A stretch of DNA of 64,000 bases from an uncultured Fibrobacterota bacterium (GTDB taxonomy: Bacteria; Fibrobacterota; Chitinivibrionia; Chitinivibrionales; FEN-1185), in assembly GCA_963729895.1 (NCBI GenBank), contig CAVSQB010000003.1:1-64000 (forward strand), given 5' to 3'. Each line of letters opens with the position of its first letter. Within the stretch, counting starts at the first letter, position 1. The notes below the pieces were generated by a model, which saw only the letters and a program-made list of their open reading frames with translations, searched no databases and had not been told where the DNA came from. Position numbers and translations under genes: made by a program. This document shows, piece by piece, positions 41,286-51,319 of this stretch.

Positions 41286-43313
41286 TTATTTCAAACCACC
41301 CTTAAAATTAAACAAACACGACTCCGGGAACTTCTTCTCGTTAGCATAGCAATCCAGTATCTCGTTCAACACCTTTTCATCCGGGTCCATAAAGCTCAAA
41401 TCCACGCAGAACGTTATTATCCCGAGATCCTCCAGTTTCCGCCGTTTGTGGAACAGCGACACGGTCTCTTCCGCAATCAGGTAATACAACCCGTGTTTTT
41501 CGGCGGTGAGTGTTTTCCTCCCGAGCCTGTCGGTGAGATGACTCCCCGGAGGAACCGCGGGTTTCATCCGCGACACGAACAGCGGAACATGCGTAAACAG
41601 GTACGCCATTCCGTTTTGTGAACGACAGTCCCTGATGTTCATGGAATCGTCTTCCAGCGAGTACGAGAAATGCGTGAGGCCAAGCGACGCGTACGCCGCC
41701 TGCGACGCCCTGTTGGTGCACCAGAGCAGGTAGTCGCCGCGCAGCCGCGTTGCCTTCTGCGCCAGCGCGATGTGTCCCAGATTCTGGCACACAAGGCCGC
41801 ATTGTCCGTCCACGCAGAGCGTCTGAATGAGGCGGCGCCATTCGCCGAGCTCCGTTTCCCCGACAAACGGCGGTGGCTCGATATAGGCGGCGCGGCCCAG
41901 GCGTTCCCGCTGGGGACCGTCCAGAACGAACCGCTGCATGTCGTTTTTGTCAAACCCGCACATGACGCCGCCCACGTCCGGCCTGGCGAGCAGCGGCAGC
42001 CACTGCGGCGAATCTATCTTGAAAAACAGCCGTCTGTCGCGGTTCGGATCGCGGGGCGCTTTAGGCTCGCTGTTCCGCAGGGCCCGGCGCGCGTCGGGAA
42101 AAAGCTCGGCGTAGCGGGCGGGGCGCACGTTGAACCGCTCCTCCCGGCCGCCCACGCCTCCCCTTCCCACGCAATACACCGCGTCGCCGGCATGGCAGGC
42201 GACCTCTTTGTCAAGCACGAGACAGAGCGTGTGGTGCTGCACAGAGGCCTTCACAACGCGTGCCATGATTCCTTCGTCGCCGGACCGCGGCTGGACCCGC
42301 AGTATGTCGCCGGCATGCACCGTCTCCTCCCCAGCCACCGCCATCTCCCGTCCGTCCACCGATGCCGCCGTGCCGACGTACACGCCGGTCCCCGCAGGAT
42401 TCTTCGCGTCAATGATGGATTCCTGCACAATCCCGTTCAGAAACAGGGCCGTTTTTCTTCTGCCCATATCGTGGCGGAGCAGTCCCCGTGCTTCCTGAAT
42501 CCTTGACGGATCGTCGAGCGCCATGCGGTAGGCGGCCACAGCGGTGCGGACGTACTCCGCGCCTTTCATCCTTCCCTCGATCTTGAGGCTCCTCACGCCC
42601 GCCGCGGCCAGCTGCGGCAGCATGTCGACCGCGCTCAAGTCGTTCGGCGAGAAGAAATATTCCGGCGCCGCGCCCTCAACCCGGGGCGAAACATCAAACG
42701 CCCGCCTGCACACCTGGGTGCACCTGCCGCGGTTGCCGCTCGATCCGCCGAAGAAACTGGACGCAAGGCACATGCCCGACAGAGAGTAACACAGCGCACC
42801 GTGGGCAAACACCTCAATCTCGACCGTGCCTGCGGAACAAAGTTTCCCGATCTCTTCGAGCGTGAGCTCGCGCGCCGCAACAGCCCGCCGTATTCCCAGG
42901 CGCCTGCAGGTCTCCACACCCGCGCTGTTGTGCACACTCATCTGCGTGCTTGCATGCAGCCGCAGGCGCGGGAATGTTGCGGCCGCGACAGTAATGACGC
43001 CCACGTCCTGCACGATAATTGCATCAATGCCGATCTGCTCGAGTTGGTACAGGAAATGGAGGGCACGCTCGAGCTCCATCTGCTTGACGAGCGTATTCAA
43101 GGTCACGTACACCTTCACGTTTCTCTCGTGCGCATACGGAACGGCATACGACAGGGTCTTCATGGTAAAATTCTTCGCGCGAAGCCGGGCATTGAAATCC
43201 GTGAGCCCGAGGTAGACCGCGTCCGCGCCCGCGTTCACGGCGGCCCGGAAGCTTTCCACGGCGCCTGCGGGAGCAAGGAGTTCCATGCGGGGCCGGTTTT
43301 TAGTATCTTTCAT
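41286..43313 (-). CDS. U32-family protein (RlhA-like RNA hydroxylation)
   Basis: ELLAPAG, HASTQ, HGALC..SG.C, NRGRCTQVCR, LKIEGR. Confidence 0.9.
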   Translation of the reverse strand: MKDTKNRPRMELLAPAGAVESFRAAVNAGADAVYLGLTDFNARLRAKNFTMKTLSYAVPYAHERNVKVYVTLNTLVKQMELERALHFLYQLEQIGIDAIIVQDVGVITVAAATFPRLRLHASTQMSVHNSAGVETCRRLGIRRAVAARELTLEEIGKLCSAGTVEIEVFAHGALCYSLSGMCLASSFFGGSSGNRGRCTQVCRRAFDVSPRVEGAAPEYFFSPNDLSAVDMLPQLAAAGVRSLKIEGRMKGAEYVRTAVAAYRMALDDPSRIQEARGLLRHDMGRRKTALFLNGIVQESIIDAKNPAGTGVYVGTAASVDGREMAVAGEETVHAGDILRVQPRSGDEGIMARVVKASVQHHTLCLVLDKEVACHAGDAVYCVGRGGVGGREERFNVRPARYAELFPDARRALRNSEPKAPRDPNRDRRLFFKIDSPQWLPLLARPDVGGVMCGFDKNDMQRFVLDGPQRERLGRAAYIEPPPFVGETELGEWRRLIQTLCVDGQCGLVCQNLGHIALAQKATRLRGDYLLWCTNRASQAAYASLGLTHFSYSLEDDSMNIRDCRSQNGMAYLFTHVPLFVSRMKPAVPPGSHLTDRLGRKTLTAEKHGLYYLIAEETVSLFHKRRKLEDLGIITFCVDLSFMDPDEKVLNEILDCYANEKKFPESCLFNFKGGLK

Positions 43314-43480
43314 GATGCAGGAAAAATATATGGGTCTCCGTTACACAATGACTAGACTGGTTTTTTTCCTGGATTCGGAAAAAAGCCCATTAAGTATTTC
43401 TCTGCGTTCTGTGCGCCTTTGCGGTGAGTTTTTGCCTTTTTACTGTATCCATCACCACCCCTGATCACAGGAGGACTTTC

Positions 43481-43840
43481 ATGCCGCTTGCCACCCTCTC
43501 CATCGTCGACCTTTTGCTTCGCGCCGTCATCGGCGACGACGAATGGGAGCGCGACGTCAAACAGGATGTGCTCATCAACGTCTCGTTTACCTTCGACGCC
43601 TCGCGGGCGGTGGCGTCCGACGCGCTGGCCGACACGATAAATTACAAGCAGCTCAAGCGCAAGATCATCGCCGACGTGGAGAATTCCCGGCACCGGCTCA
43701 TCGAAAAACTGGCGGCGCGGATACTCGTCCTTGTGATGGAGGACCCTCGCGTGACAAACGCAACCGTGCGGGTCGACAAGCCGCAGGCCTTGCGGTATGC
43801 CAAAAGCGTGGCCGTGGAGATGAGCGAGAAGCGAGGGTAG
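43481..43840 (+). CDS. folB: dihydroneopterin aldolase/epimerase (FolB/FolX)
   Basis: IGDDEWER..Q, DTINY, LIEKLA, VDKPQAL; AGGAGG RBS. Confidence 0.8.
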   Translation: MPLATLSIVDLLLRAVIGDDEWERDVKQDVLINVSFTFDASRAVASDALADTINYKQLKRKIIADVENSRHRLIEKLAARILVLVMEDPRVTNATVRVDKPQALRYAKSVAVEMSEKRG

Positions 43841-43930
43841 GGCCGACTCGGGCAAAGCGAGGATTTCCCGTGACCGGCGGAAGGGCGCACCAGGAACGCC
43901 CACTTTCTTTTTTCTCCCCAAAAGAATACG

Positions 43931-45538
43931 CTACGCGTACACCCGGTAGTTGATATTTGGGAATATGTTATTGTGGGATTCGAGAAGCGAGAGAAAATTC
44001 CCGTCGATGTGATTCCCCTGAAGTTCGTCGTACAGCCGGTTGAAATTGGCGATGTGTTCCTTTGAACGCCTCACCGCGTATTGGACCATGGTGCCGGTCT
44101 TCATGATGAAGGCCCAGTCGCTGGACTGCGCAAGCAACAGCTCGCGCGCCATCTGGTTGAGCGCCCGGCGCAGAAGGCCGTCGGCTTCGGGATGGTGCGT
44201 GGCAACGGCCACCATCCGTTCCTCCATTTTGTGAAGGTGCCGGTAGAGCCAGTCGTTGCTGCCTTCGAGCCACACTTCCGAATAACCCTTGTACCCCCAG
44301 CTCGAAAACGAGGGCCTGCAGATCTGGTTGCGCGGGTTTTCGGTGAGATACTCCGACGCGGTGCAGAGGGCCACGGTGTTCTGGTCGAACGCAGCTTTAC
44401 GGATGAGGTAATCGAGCCATTCGGGGCCCTCGTACCACCAGTGGCCGAACAGCTCCGCGTCGTACGGGGCGACGATAATCGGCTTCCGGTCCATCATGGA
44501 TGCCAGGTACTCGATCTGCCTTTCCCTGTTGAACATGAAATTGCCCGCGTGCTGGGCCGCCTTTTCCAGCGCGGCGGCCCGGCTGTAGGGCTCCTTGCGT
44601 TCGGTTTTGCCGGTAATCCTGTAGTATTTGATGCCCGTATTGATGCGGATGCCGATGGGGTCGATATAGGGACGAATGTAGTCGATGTCGAGGTCGAAGC
44701 CGATGTCCCGGTAGAATTCCCTGTAGTCAAAGTCGCCCGGATACCCTTCCTTCGAGCTCCACACCGATTTCGACGATTCGATATCCCTGCCGAACGCCGC
44801 CACGTGTGTTCCTTCACAGAAGACGGGGGCGAACACTCCGTATTTGGGGCGCGGCTCGCCGAACAGGATGCCGTGCGCGTCGCTGAAGAAATACAGGATG
44901 CCCGCCGCCTCGAGGAACTTTTCGAGCCCGTTGTAGTAGCCGCACTCCGGCAGCCACATGCCCACCGGATTCCTCCCGAAGAAATCGCGGTACGACTGGA
45001 CCGCCACCTCCACCTGCGCACGCACCGCATTGGGATTGAACTGCATGGTGGGCAAAAACCCGTGCGTGGCACCGCACGTGATGATTTCCAGCGAACCCTG
45101 GTCCTGGAGTTTCCGGAAGTTCTTGACAATATTACACTGGTTGACGTCAACGAATATGGTCTTGCACTTTAAGAATTTATCGAGGTACATCTGCGCGGTC
45201 CGGTTGAACTCGGGCTGGCTTTTGGTACGCACGCATTCCTTTTCGGCAAGTTCGATAAGGCGCTCCACATGCCGCACGTACCGCTCCTGAAGCAGGGAAT
45301 CGGCAAGCATGGAAGCAAGCGGCGGCGTTAGCGACATCGTGATCTTGAAAGGCACCTGGTCGTGCACCAGGTTTTCAAATACGGCAAGCAGGGGGATGTA
45401 CGTTTCGGTGATGGCCTCAAACAGCCAGTTTTCCTCGAGGAAATAGTCGCATTCCTGGTGCCGTACATAGGGAAGGTGGGCATGCAGCACGATGCACAGG
45501 TACCCTCGCACGTCACTTTTGCGGGCGGTGATCTCCAT
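43931..45538 (-). CDS. GH57 alpha-glucan branching enzyme (DUF1957)
   Basis: HAHLPYVRH, WLPECGY, DAELFGHWWYEG, AQSSDWAF. Confidence 0.93.
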   Translation of the reverse strand: MEITARKSDVRGYLCIVLHAHLPYVRHQECDYFLEENWLFEAITETYIPLLAVFENLVHDQVPFKITMSLTPPLASMLADSLLQERYVRHVERLIELAEKECVRTKSQPEFNRTAQMYLDKFLKCKTIFVDVNQCNIVKNFRKLQDQGSLEIITCGATHGFLPTMQFNPNAVRAQVEVAVQSYRDFFGRNPVGMWLPECGYYNGLEKFLEAAGILYFFSDAHGILFGEPRPKYGVFAPVFCEGTHVAAFGRDIESSKSVWSSKEGYPGDFDYREFYRDIGFDLDIDYIRPYIDPIGIRINTGIKYYRITGKTERKEPYSRAAALEKAAQHAGNFMFNRERQIEYLASMMDRKPIIVAPYDAELFGHWWYEGPEWLDYLIRKAAFDQNTVALCTASEYLTENPRNQICRPSFSSWGYKGYSEVWLEGSNDWLYRHLHKMEERMVAVATHHPEADGLLRRALNQMARELLLAQSSDWAFIMKTGTMVQYAVRRSKEHIANFNRLYDELQGNHIDGNFLSLLESHNNIFPNINYRVYA

Positions 45539-45571
45539 CGTGCTCCTTGATGACAAAATGGCCGGCCGCGC

Positions 45572-46519
45572 TCATCGCAGGGAACCCGAGCCGGACCCCG
45601 AACCTGCGTTAAGCGCGACAGGGGAAACCTTCGGCGAGTTCTCGCTCGCGCCGGGACCGTGGCCTGCGCCGTATCCCGAGAGCCGGATGAGTTCGTCGGT
45701 GGAGGCGGTGGTCCATTCCTGGTCGAGTACGGCCGACAGGCTGCTTCGCGGCATCTGCGCGGCGTTTGAATTGACAGCAGAGAAGAACCGCAGGTCGGGA
45801 GTGAGAATGCCGCACTGGAGCATGTAGGACCGGCCCGGTTCCCACACCTTGACGTACCAGGTGGTCGCATAGGGAGAAAGTTCGATGTCCATGTGCCGCC
45901 ACGCGTTTGCGCCGTTGTACACGACATCGGTGACGTCAAGCACGCGCAGCACCCATTTCGAACTGTTGAAAACATCGGCGCCCACGTGCCGGCGCATGAG
46001 TTCCACGGTCTCGCCGGACAACTCCCAGTACGCAAAAAGCCATTGCGCATCTCTCGGGATCGCGCGCATATATGTTTCGTTGTATTTGTCCGGAATCTCC
46101 GTTGAAAAGAAGTACTTTGGCCCCATCGCCGCTTCCCGTCCGCGCGTAGAAGCAAGCGCGGGCCCGGCGCCCATTGAACGCGCCGGGGAGGCCGGCAGCG
46201 TGGAAGGAATCCGCACGGCCTCCGATTGCGCAACGTGCCGCCATGGTGTCTTCCCGACGGACCGTGCAGGAAGCGAGGCCTTCCCATTTGCGGTGACCGA
46301 CTTTTGTGATCGTGCCCCGGCAAAGAGAGTTTTCGGGATGGTTGTGCGTGCGACCGCGGCGTTGGGCTTTGCCTTGGCTCGCGGTGCAGCACGGCGTTTG
46401 GCCGCGGGTTTTGCCGGCCGTTTTCCCGCAGTCGAAGGCTTTTTGACAGGCGGTAATGCCGCCGGCCTGACGGTTCCCGCTTTTCTTCTGGCTCCGGCCC
46501 TCCTGGACTGTACCGGCAC
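45572..46519 (-). CDS. DUF4912 protein with basic low-complexity N-terminus
   Basis: PDKYNET..RDAQWLFAYWE, LRVLDVT; adjacent to GH57; GTG start after GGAG. Confidence 0.8.
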   Translation of the reverse strand: MPVQSRRAGARRKAGTVRPAALPPVKKPSTAGKRPAKPAAKRRAAPRAKAKPNAAVARTTIPKTLFAGARSQKSVTANGKASLPARSVGKTPWRHVAQSEAVRIPSTLPASPARSMGAGPALASTRGREAAMGPKYFFSTEIPDKYNETYMRAIPRDAQWLFAYWELSGETVELMRRHVGADVFNSSKWVLRVLDVTDVVYNGANAWRHMDIELSPYATTWYVKVWEPGRSYMLQCGILTPDLRFFSAVNSNAAQMPRSSLSAVLDQEWTTASTDELIRLSGYGAGHGPGASENSPKVSPVALNAGSGSGSGSLR

Positions 46520-46547
46520 GATCACTCCATTCGCAAGAAGGTGTCCG

Positions 46548-47792
46548 TCAGTAAGTGCTCTTTGAAGATTGCACCCACTTGTGCCCGCCATTGAACCCGA
46601 ACGCGAGGCGGATGAAATCTTCGCTGTAGCCTGAGAACTGTCCGCTCTGCCGCCTGCCGATCTCCAGAGCAATGTCGAGAATTCCCGTACCTCTACCCAT
46701 GGGAAGCCCGGTCCCGAGGCTCACAAGATACTCGTAAGAGTCCTTTGCCGCAAGCTGGCTGATTTGCACGCCGGCCCTGTAGCGGATTGTTTCCCAGTAC
46801 CGCGGAGTGAGAAGGTTGGGCGCCGGAATATATTGAGCGCCCAGGGAGAATCCGGCCGCGGTGCCGACTTCGGGCTGAGGAAGCATTCCCTGTACCTGGG
46901 CATACTTCCAAAACACAAGGGACAGGTCTGCGGCAACAAGCCATTCCGGCGAAAAATCGTAACTGAGGCCCAGAGAAGCGGACGGCGGAAGCCTGAGATT
47001 GAAGGAACTTGAGGTGGCGGAATTCACCGCCGACGCAGTATCGCCGTAGGAATAGAGTGCCCGGGTGAAAGACGCGGAGCTGTTGAAAAAGTATTCGCCG
47101 GTGAGACCTACCCGCAAGCTGCCGACCGGCACCACAATCCCGGCCCGAACGCCGTTGCCGCTGGAACCTATGTGGGTACTGTCGCGCGAATTGGAGGCAC
47201 CGGACGTATCGGTGCCCGACGCCAGCTCCAATTCCGACAGTATGGTTTGTTCTGCGGAGAGATAGAATCGCTCGTACGAAATTCCCACCTGTGCAACCTT
47301 CCGGATCGACCTTCCCCATCCGATTTGCCACGAATACATTCCGCCGCGCGCCGACAGGCCCTGGCCGTAGATGGCGGACGTATTCTTGTAAGTGAATGAC
47401 GTCTCGCTTTCGAAAAGGGAAGTGCGGTCGTCGCGTTGTTCGAGCGAGATACCGAACGTTCCCACGGCGCCCACCGGCACGCCGATTGATATCTGCACAG
47501 GATTTGCCGCGTAGAAATTCGTGTGCGACGCCTGCGCGGAAATTTGCGTGAAGTCGAAGGAAAACAACGCCGAGAGCACGGTCCTGTCTATGGAGCCGAG
47601 GTTGGCCGGGTTGAGCAGCATCACGTTGTTCTCCGCTGCAACCGCGCAACCCGCGCCGCCCATGGAAAGAGACATGCCCGAATTGGGCTGGACGGGGATG
47701 CCGAAAGGGAAGGTGAGCCCCAGCAGCGACTGGCCGAAACTCGCGGCCGCAAACCCTGCGCACAAAACGAAAAGAAACGACCTGCTCTTCAT
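46548..47792 (-). CDS. outer-membrane beta-barrel (OmpP1/FadL/PorV-like)
   Basis: Signal peptide, SMGGAG, NPANL, amphipathic strands. Confidence 0.72.
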   Translation of the reverse strand: MKSRSFLFVLCAGFAAASFGQSLLGLTFPFGIPVQPNSGMSLSMGGAGCAVAAENNVMLLNPANLGSIDRTVLSALFSFDFTQISAQASHTNFYAANPVQISIGVPVGAVGTFGISLEQRDDRTSLFESETSFTYKNTSAIYGQGLSARGGMYSWQIGWGRSIRKVAQVGISYERFYLSAEQTILSELELASGTDTSGASNSRDSTHIGSSGNGVRAGIVVPVGSLRVGLTGEYFFNSSASFTRALYSYGDTASAVNSATSSSFNLRLPPSASLGLSYDFSPEWLVAADLSLVFWKYAQVQGMLPQPEVGTAAGFSLGAQYIPAPNLLTPRYWETIRYRAGVQISQLAAKDSYEYLVSLGTGLPMGRGTGILDIALEIGRRQSGQFSGYSEDFIRLAFGFNGGHKWVQSSKSTY

Positions 47793-47804
47793 TGCATCCC
47801 GCTG

Positions 47805-49490
47805 CTATTGAGGATTGGAAAACAACGCACTGCCCGTCATGGTCTTCTGGTTCCTGAAAATCACCCTCGCGAAATGGTCGGTGGGCCGTACCCACAGGTA
47901 AAGATATCCCGTCGGCGACTTTCCGTTTTCGTAGATGCTCTGGAGGAATATCTGCAAGGGCAGCGAAAACTGCGCAGGGGATTGGCTGATAACCGGTATT
48001 GGTATCAGCCGCCCCGCATTCATAATAGCCGCAAGGGAATCGCGCGTTCCGGAGCTTTGCGTCCTTGTGCCGGTTATCGAGTGGTCAAGCATCCCGAATA
48101 CGACCGACCGTGTCGTATCGGCGGTCCCTATTCTTTCAAACACGGGATCGGACGCGCTAAACAGGAATGAAGCGTCCTGAAGGATCCTGAAACTTCTGCC
48201 GGTTGCGCTGCTTGCCATTGAATCCCAGAGCGGCTGCAAGTCCACCTTAAGCTCGATGAGCCGGTCTGCCTGCCATGATGTCACCAGTGAATCTGCGGGG
48301 ATCGCCGGGGTTTCGATCACGCGCGTGTCGTAGTAGTAAACAGGACTTCCGCTCACAACGCTCTGGCGAAGCGTGTCGCTGCACTGATTGCGATAGGCGA
48401 TCCTGAACTGCGGCACCCCGCTGAACCTCATAAGGCCGCCGCCCGAGCCGTATAGGTGGACCGCAGCTATGAATTTCTCGGAGGAATCGAATGCCAGGAA
48501 CGTGATGATCGTTCTCGATCGCACGGCGGTGTAGCCGACAAAGGCGGTATCCCCCGACAGCACCGACGTGAGCCCGTCAATACTATCTGTAAATGGCAGG
48601 GTATCAGCCCGCACAAGCGTAGGTGCGGAGCCGCCGCTTGGAACACCTCGGCAGCTGACGATCGCGGTGTCCCTTCCCAAAACGGTATCGCGCTTGATCA
48701 CCGAGATAACGGTGTCTATTTTCGCAACGCCCGGCACAGTATCCCGCACCGCCTGGAAAGAGTCGGGGCCAGCGGTGTACAGAGTATCCGGCCTGCCGAG
48801 GGGCTTCGATGTATCGCCCTTCACGTTGCCAAAAACCGTGTCGATGGCGGCTACACGCGGGGCATAGGCGCTGGTGTCGGCAACCGCGCTCCTGAGAAGC
48901 GTGACAATGTCCATGCCGAGAGGAACGGCAAAGATGGAATCGGTGGTGAGCCGCGAAATGGTGACGCTGAACGGGCCCATGCTGTCCGCCGGCGAGAGGT
49001 CGTTCCGGATATGCGGGTAGTGTTTCCGTCCGCACGAAAAGACCCGGATCGTGTTGGAATCCTTGGAAAAGCCCGTGTCGTTGTTATAGGCAGCGTAGGT
49101 CAACAGGAGATAGACGCTGTCCACCTTGGAGGTGCTGCACGCGGCGCGAAGGGTTGCCAGGATTGAGTTGGTGGCGTGGAATTCCGCATAGGCAATGGCG
49201 CTGTCGCCATTGAAGCTTCCGGCCGTCAATTCCAGCGGATGGTCTCCCGATTGCAGCCTGTTCGGGCTTGTGTCGGCCCCCGCAACAATAATGCTGCGCG
49301 CGCCCAGCACGGGGAGGCTGAGGCTGTTGACGGCCTTGAATCCATGCTTGAGGTCTATGATGGTCGAGTCCAGGCTGTTGATTATGTTTCCGCCGATGTC
49401 TGTTGACGGAGCAAAAGGAGTCCAGCACGACAGGCCGAAACCCAGGCACGCGAGGAAAGGCACTAACACGCCGACACGTTTACAGTTCAT
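47805..49490 (-). CDS. hypothetical lipoprotein
   Basis: Lipobox-like GLSC; repeated DT-containing motifs. Confidence 0.65.
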   Translation of the reverse strand: MNCKRVGVLVPFLACLGFGLSCWTPFAPSTDIGGNIINSLDSTIIDLKHGFKAVNSLSLPVLGARSIIVAGADTSPNRLQSGDHPLELTAGSFNGDSAIAYAEFHATNSILATLRAACSTSKVDSVYLLLTYAAYNNDTGFSKDSNTIRVFSCGRKHYPHIRNDLSPADSMGPFSVTISRLTTDSIFAVPLGMDIVTLLRSAVADTSAYAPRVAAIDTVFGNVKGDTSKPLGRPDTLYTAGPDSFQAVRDTVPGVAKIDTVISVIKRDTVLGRDTAIVSCRGVPSGGSAPTLVRADTLPFTDSIDGLTSVLSGDTAFVGYTAVRSRTIITFLAFDSSEKFIAAVHLYGSGGGLMRFSGVPQFRIAYRNQCSDTLRQSVVSGSPVYYYDTRVIETPAIPADSLVTSWQADRLIELKVDLQPLWDSMASSATGRSFRILQDASFLFSASDPVFERIGTADTTRSVVFGMLDHSITGTRTQSSGTRDSLAAIMNAGRLIPIPVISQSPAQFSLPLQIFLQSIYENGKSPTGYLYLWVRPTDHFARVIFRNQKTMTGSALFSNPQ

Positions 49491-49650
49491 TCGACTTGCC
49501 GTGGAATAATGGAAAAACAACGGAGGTTTGTTGCTGCACCGGAATGCCGGTCGACCACACAGCAACTTCACCTGTCAGGATAAGCGCCCGTGCTGCAATC
49601 AGAGGCGAACCTCAAAAGGCCGCGGTCAAAACCCCATAAATAGTTGTGAT

Positions 49651-49679
49651 AATATAGGTTTGCTGTGTATAAATGTCAA
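49651..49679 (-). promoter_or_regulatory. sigma70-type promoter
   Basis: TTGACA-17 bp-TATATT on the minus strand. Confidence 0.6.
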
Positions 49680-49864
49680 ACCCATTATGCAGCTTCTCCC
49701 GGGAAAATGGAGTACGGTCGGGTTACAAATTTCTTTTGGCTTTTTTTGCCGTGGCATAACCCGGCAATCAATTACTATATTCCTATAATTCCCGGTAGGA
49801 GAAACCGGAAAAACATGTACAGCCTCCCCTGCTTTTCATTGTGGAAAACGGGAACCTGTCTCGT

Positions 49865-51310
49865 ATGAGCATGCTGGTGAAACAGCCGACCGAATGCGAA
49901 CTGCTCGTTGTGGACGACGAGGAAGTCATCTGTTCCCTCATCGAAACCGCTCTCAAAGACCTGTGCCGCGTCTTTACGTGCGCAAGTGCGACAGAGGCCC
50001 TGTCGCTCATCGAAACGCACGATTTCGACGTCGTGATTGCCGATCTGAGGCTTCCCGACGCACCGGGCATCAACGTGCTCCGCGCGGCGCGCACAAAGGA
50101 CGACCATGCCGAATTGCTCATTGTCACCGGGCACGCGTCGTTTGAAACCGCCGAAGAAGCCATTGAAATAGGCCTGTCTTCCTATCTTGTGAAGCCTCTG
50201 TCAATGGCGGACCTGCGCCTGCAAGTTGAGAAAGCCATCGCCAACCGTCTTTTCCACCTGAAAAGCATCATGCTGATGCAGCGCTCAAACGACATCGCCC
50301 CCGACATCAAGAGCCATGTGTACGATATCACGTCGCTATTCCGGTTTTCCAGAAAGCTCATCCTGTCGCTTGATTTACCGGAAGTGATGCGGGTGGTGCT
50401 CGAAGAAGTGAACGAGCGGATGGATGTGCTGTACAGCGTCATAGGGCTCGAGTGCAGCGACACGCACGAGCTGTATGCCATGCCGCGTACGGGCGCCCTG
50501 GACGCCGCCCTCCTGCGGCAAGCCATTGCCGACAACTGGGAAACGGCATTTCCTTTCCTCGACGAAATTACGTTTGCAAAAGGGGAACTTCCCCTCACGC
50601 TGTACGAAAGCAGGCACGTCGGACCCTTTGTTTTTGAAACAAACGCACCCGTCGTGCTGCAGCTGAGCGTCATGAACAACCGCATCGGGTCGCTCGCCCT
50701 TTTCGGAAAGAAAGACTTTGTTCCCACACCCGACGAATACCAGTTCCTTCACGTGTTCACCTCGTTCGTGTCCTCAACTATCGAGCGTTCGTGCCTCCAC
50801 GTGCACACCAAGCTGCAGGCGCGGACCGACGGTCTTACGGGCATCGCAAACCACCGGTCGTTTCACGAGTCCCTTTCGCGCGAGATCGCGCGTGTCGACC
50901 GGAGCGGTTCGGTGTTCGGCCTCATTTTCATGGACATCGACAACTTCAAGAAAATCAACGACGCGTACGGCCATCTCGTGGGTGACGCGGTGATACGCGA
51001 CCTTGTGGCGCGCGTACTCAACATGATACGGCGCGCCGACACATTCGCAAGATACGGCGGCGATGAATTCGCGCTTATCCTTCCCGAAACCGGGCCCGAG
51101 GGCGCAAAGATCCTCGCGCAGCGCATCTGCAGGGAAATCGCGGCAACACCGTTCCTCTTTTCGCAGACAAGCATCCCCTATTCCGTGAGCATCGGCCTTT
51201 CCATTTACGATGGAAAACACCCCAGGGTAAAAGACCTGCTCATCGGCGACGCCGACAGGGCCATGTACCTTTCCAAGGCCGGCGGCAAAAGCAGGATAAC
51301 GGTGAGCTGA
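49865..51310 (+). CDS. REC-GAF-GGDEF diguanylate cyclase
   Basis: VVDDE/DLRLP receiver; DIDNFK, RRAD I-site, RYGGDEF. Confidence 0.92.
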   Translation: MSMLVKQPTECELLVVDDEEVICSLIETALKDLCRVFTCASATEALSLIETHDFDVVIADLRLPDAPGINVLRAARTKDDHAELLIVTGHASFETAEEAIEIGLSSYLVKPLSMADLRLQVEKAIANRLFHLKSIMLMQRSNDIAPDIKSHVYDITSLFRFSRKLILSLDLPEVMRVVLEEVNERMDVLYSVIGLECSDTHELYAMPRTGALDAALLRQAIADNWETAFPFLDEITFAKGELPLTLYESRHVGPFVFETNAPVVLQLSVMNNRIGSLALFGKKDFVPTPDEYQFLHVFTSFVSSTIERSCLHVHTKLQARTDGLTGIANHRSFHESLSREIARVDRSGSVFGLIFMDIDNFKKINDAYGHLVGDAVIRDLVARVLNMIRRADTFARYGGDEFALILPETGPEGAKILAQRICREIAATPFLFSQTSIPYSVSIGLSIYDGKHPRVKDLLIGDADRAMYLSKAGGKSRITVS

Positions 51311-51319
51311 CATCCACCC

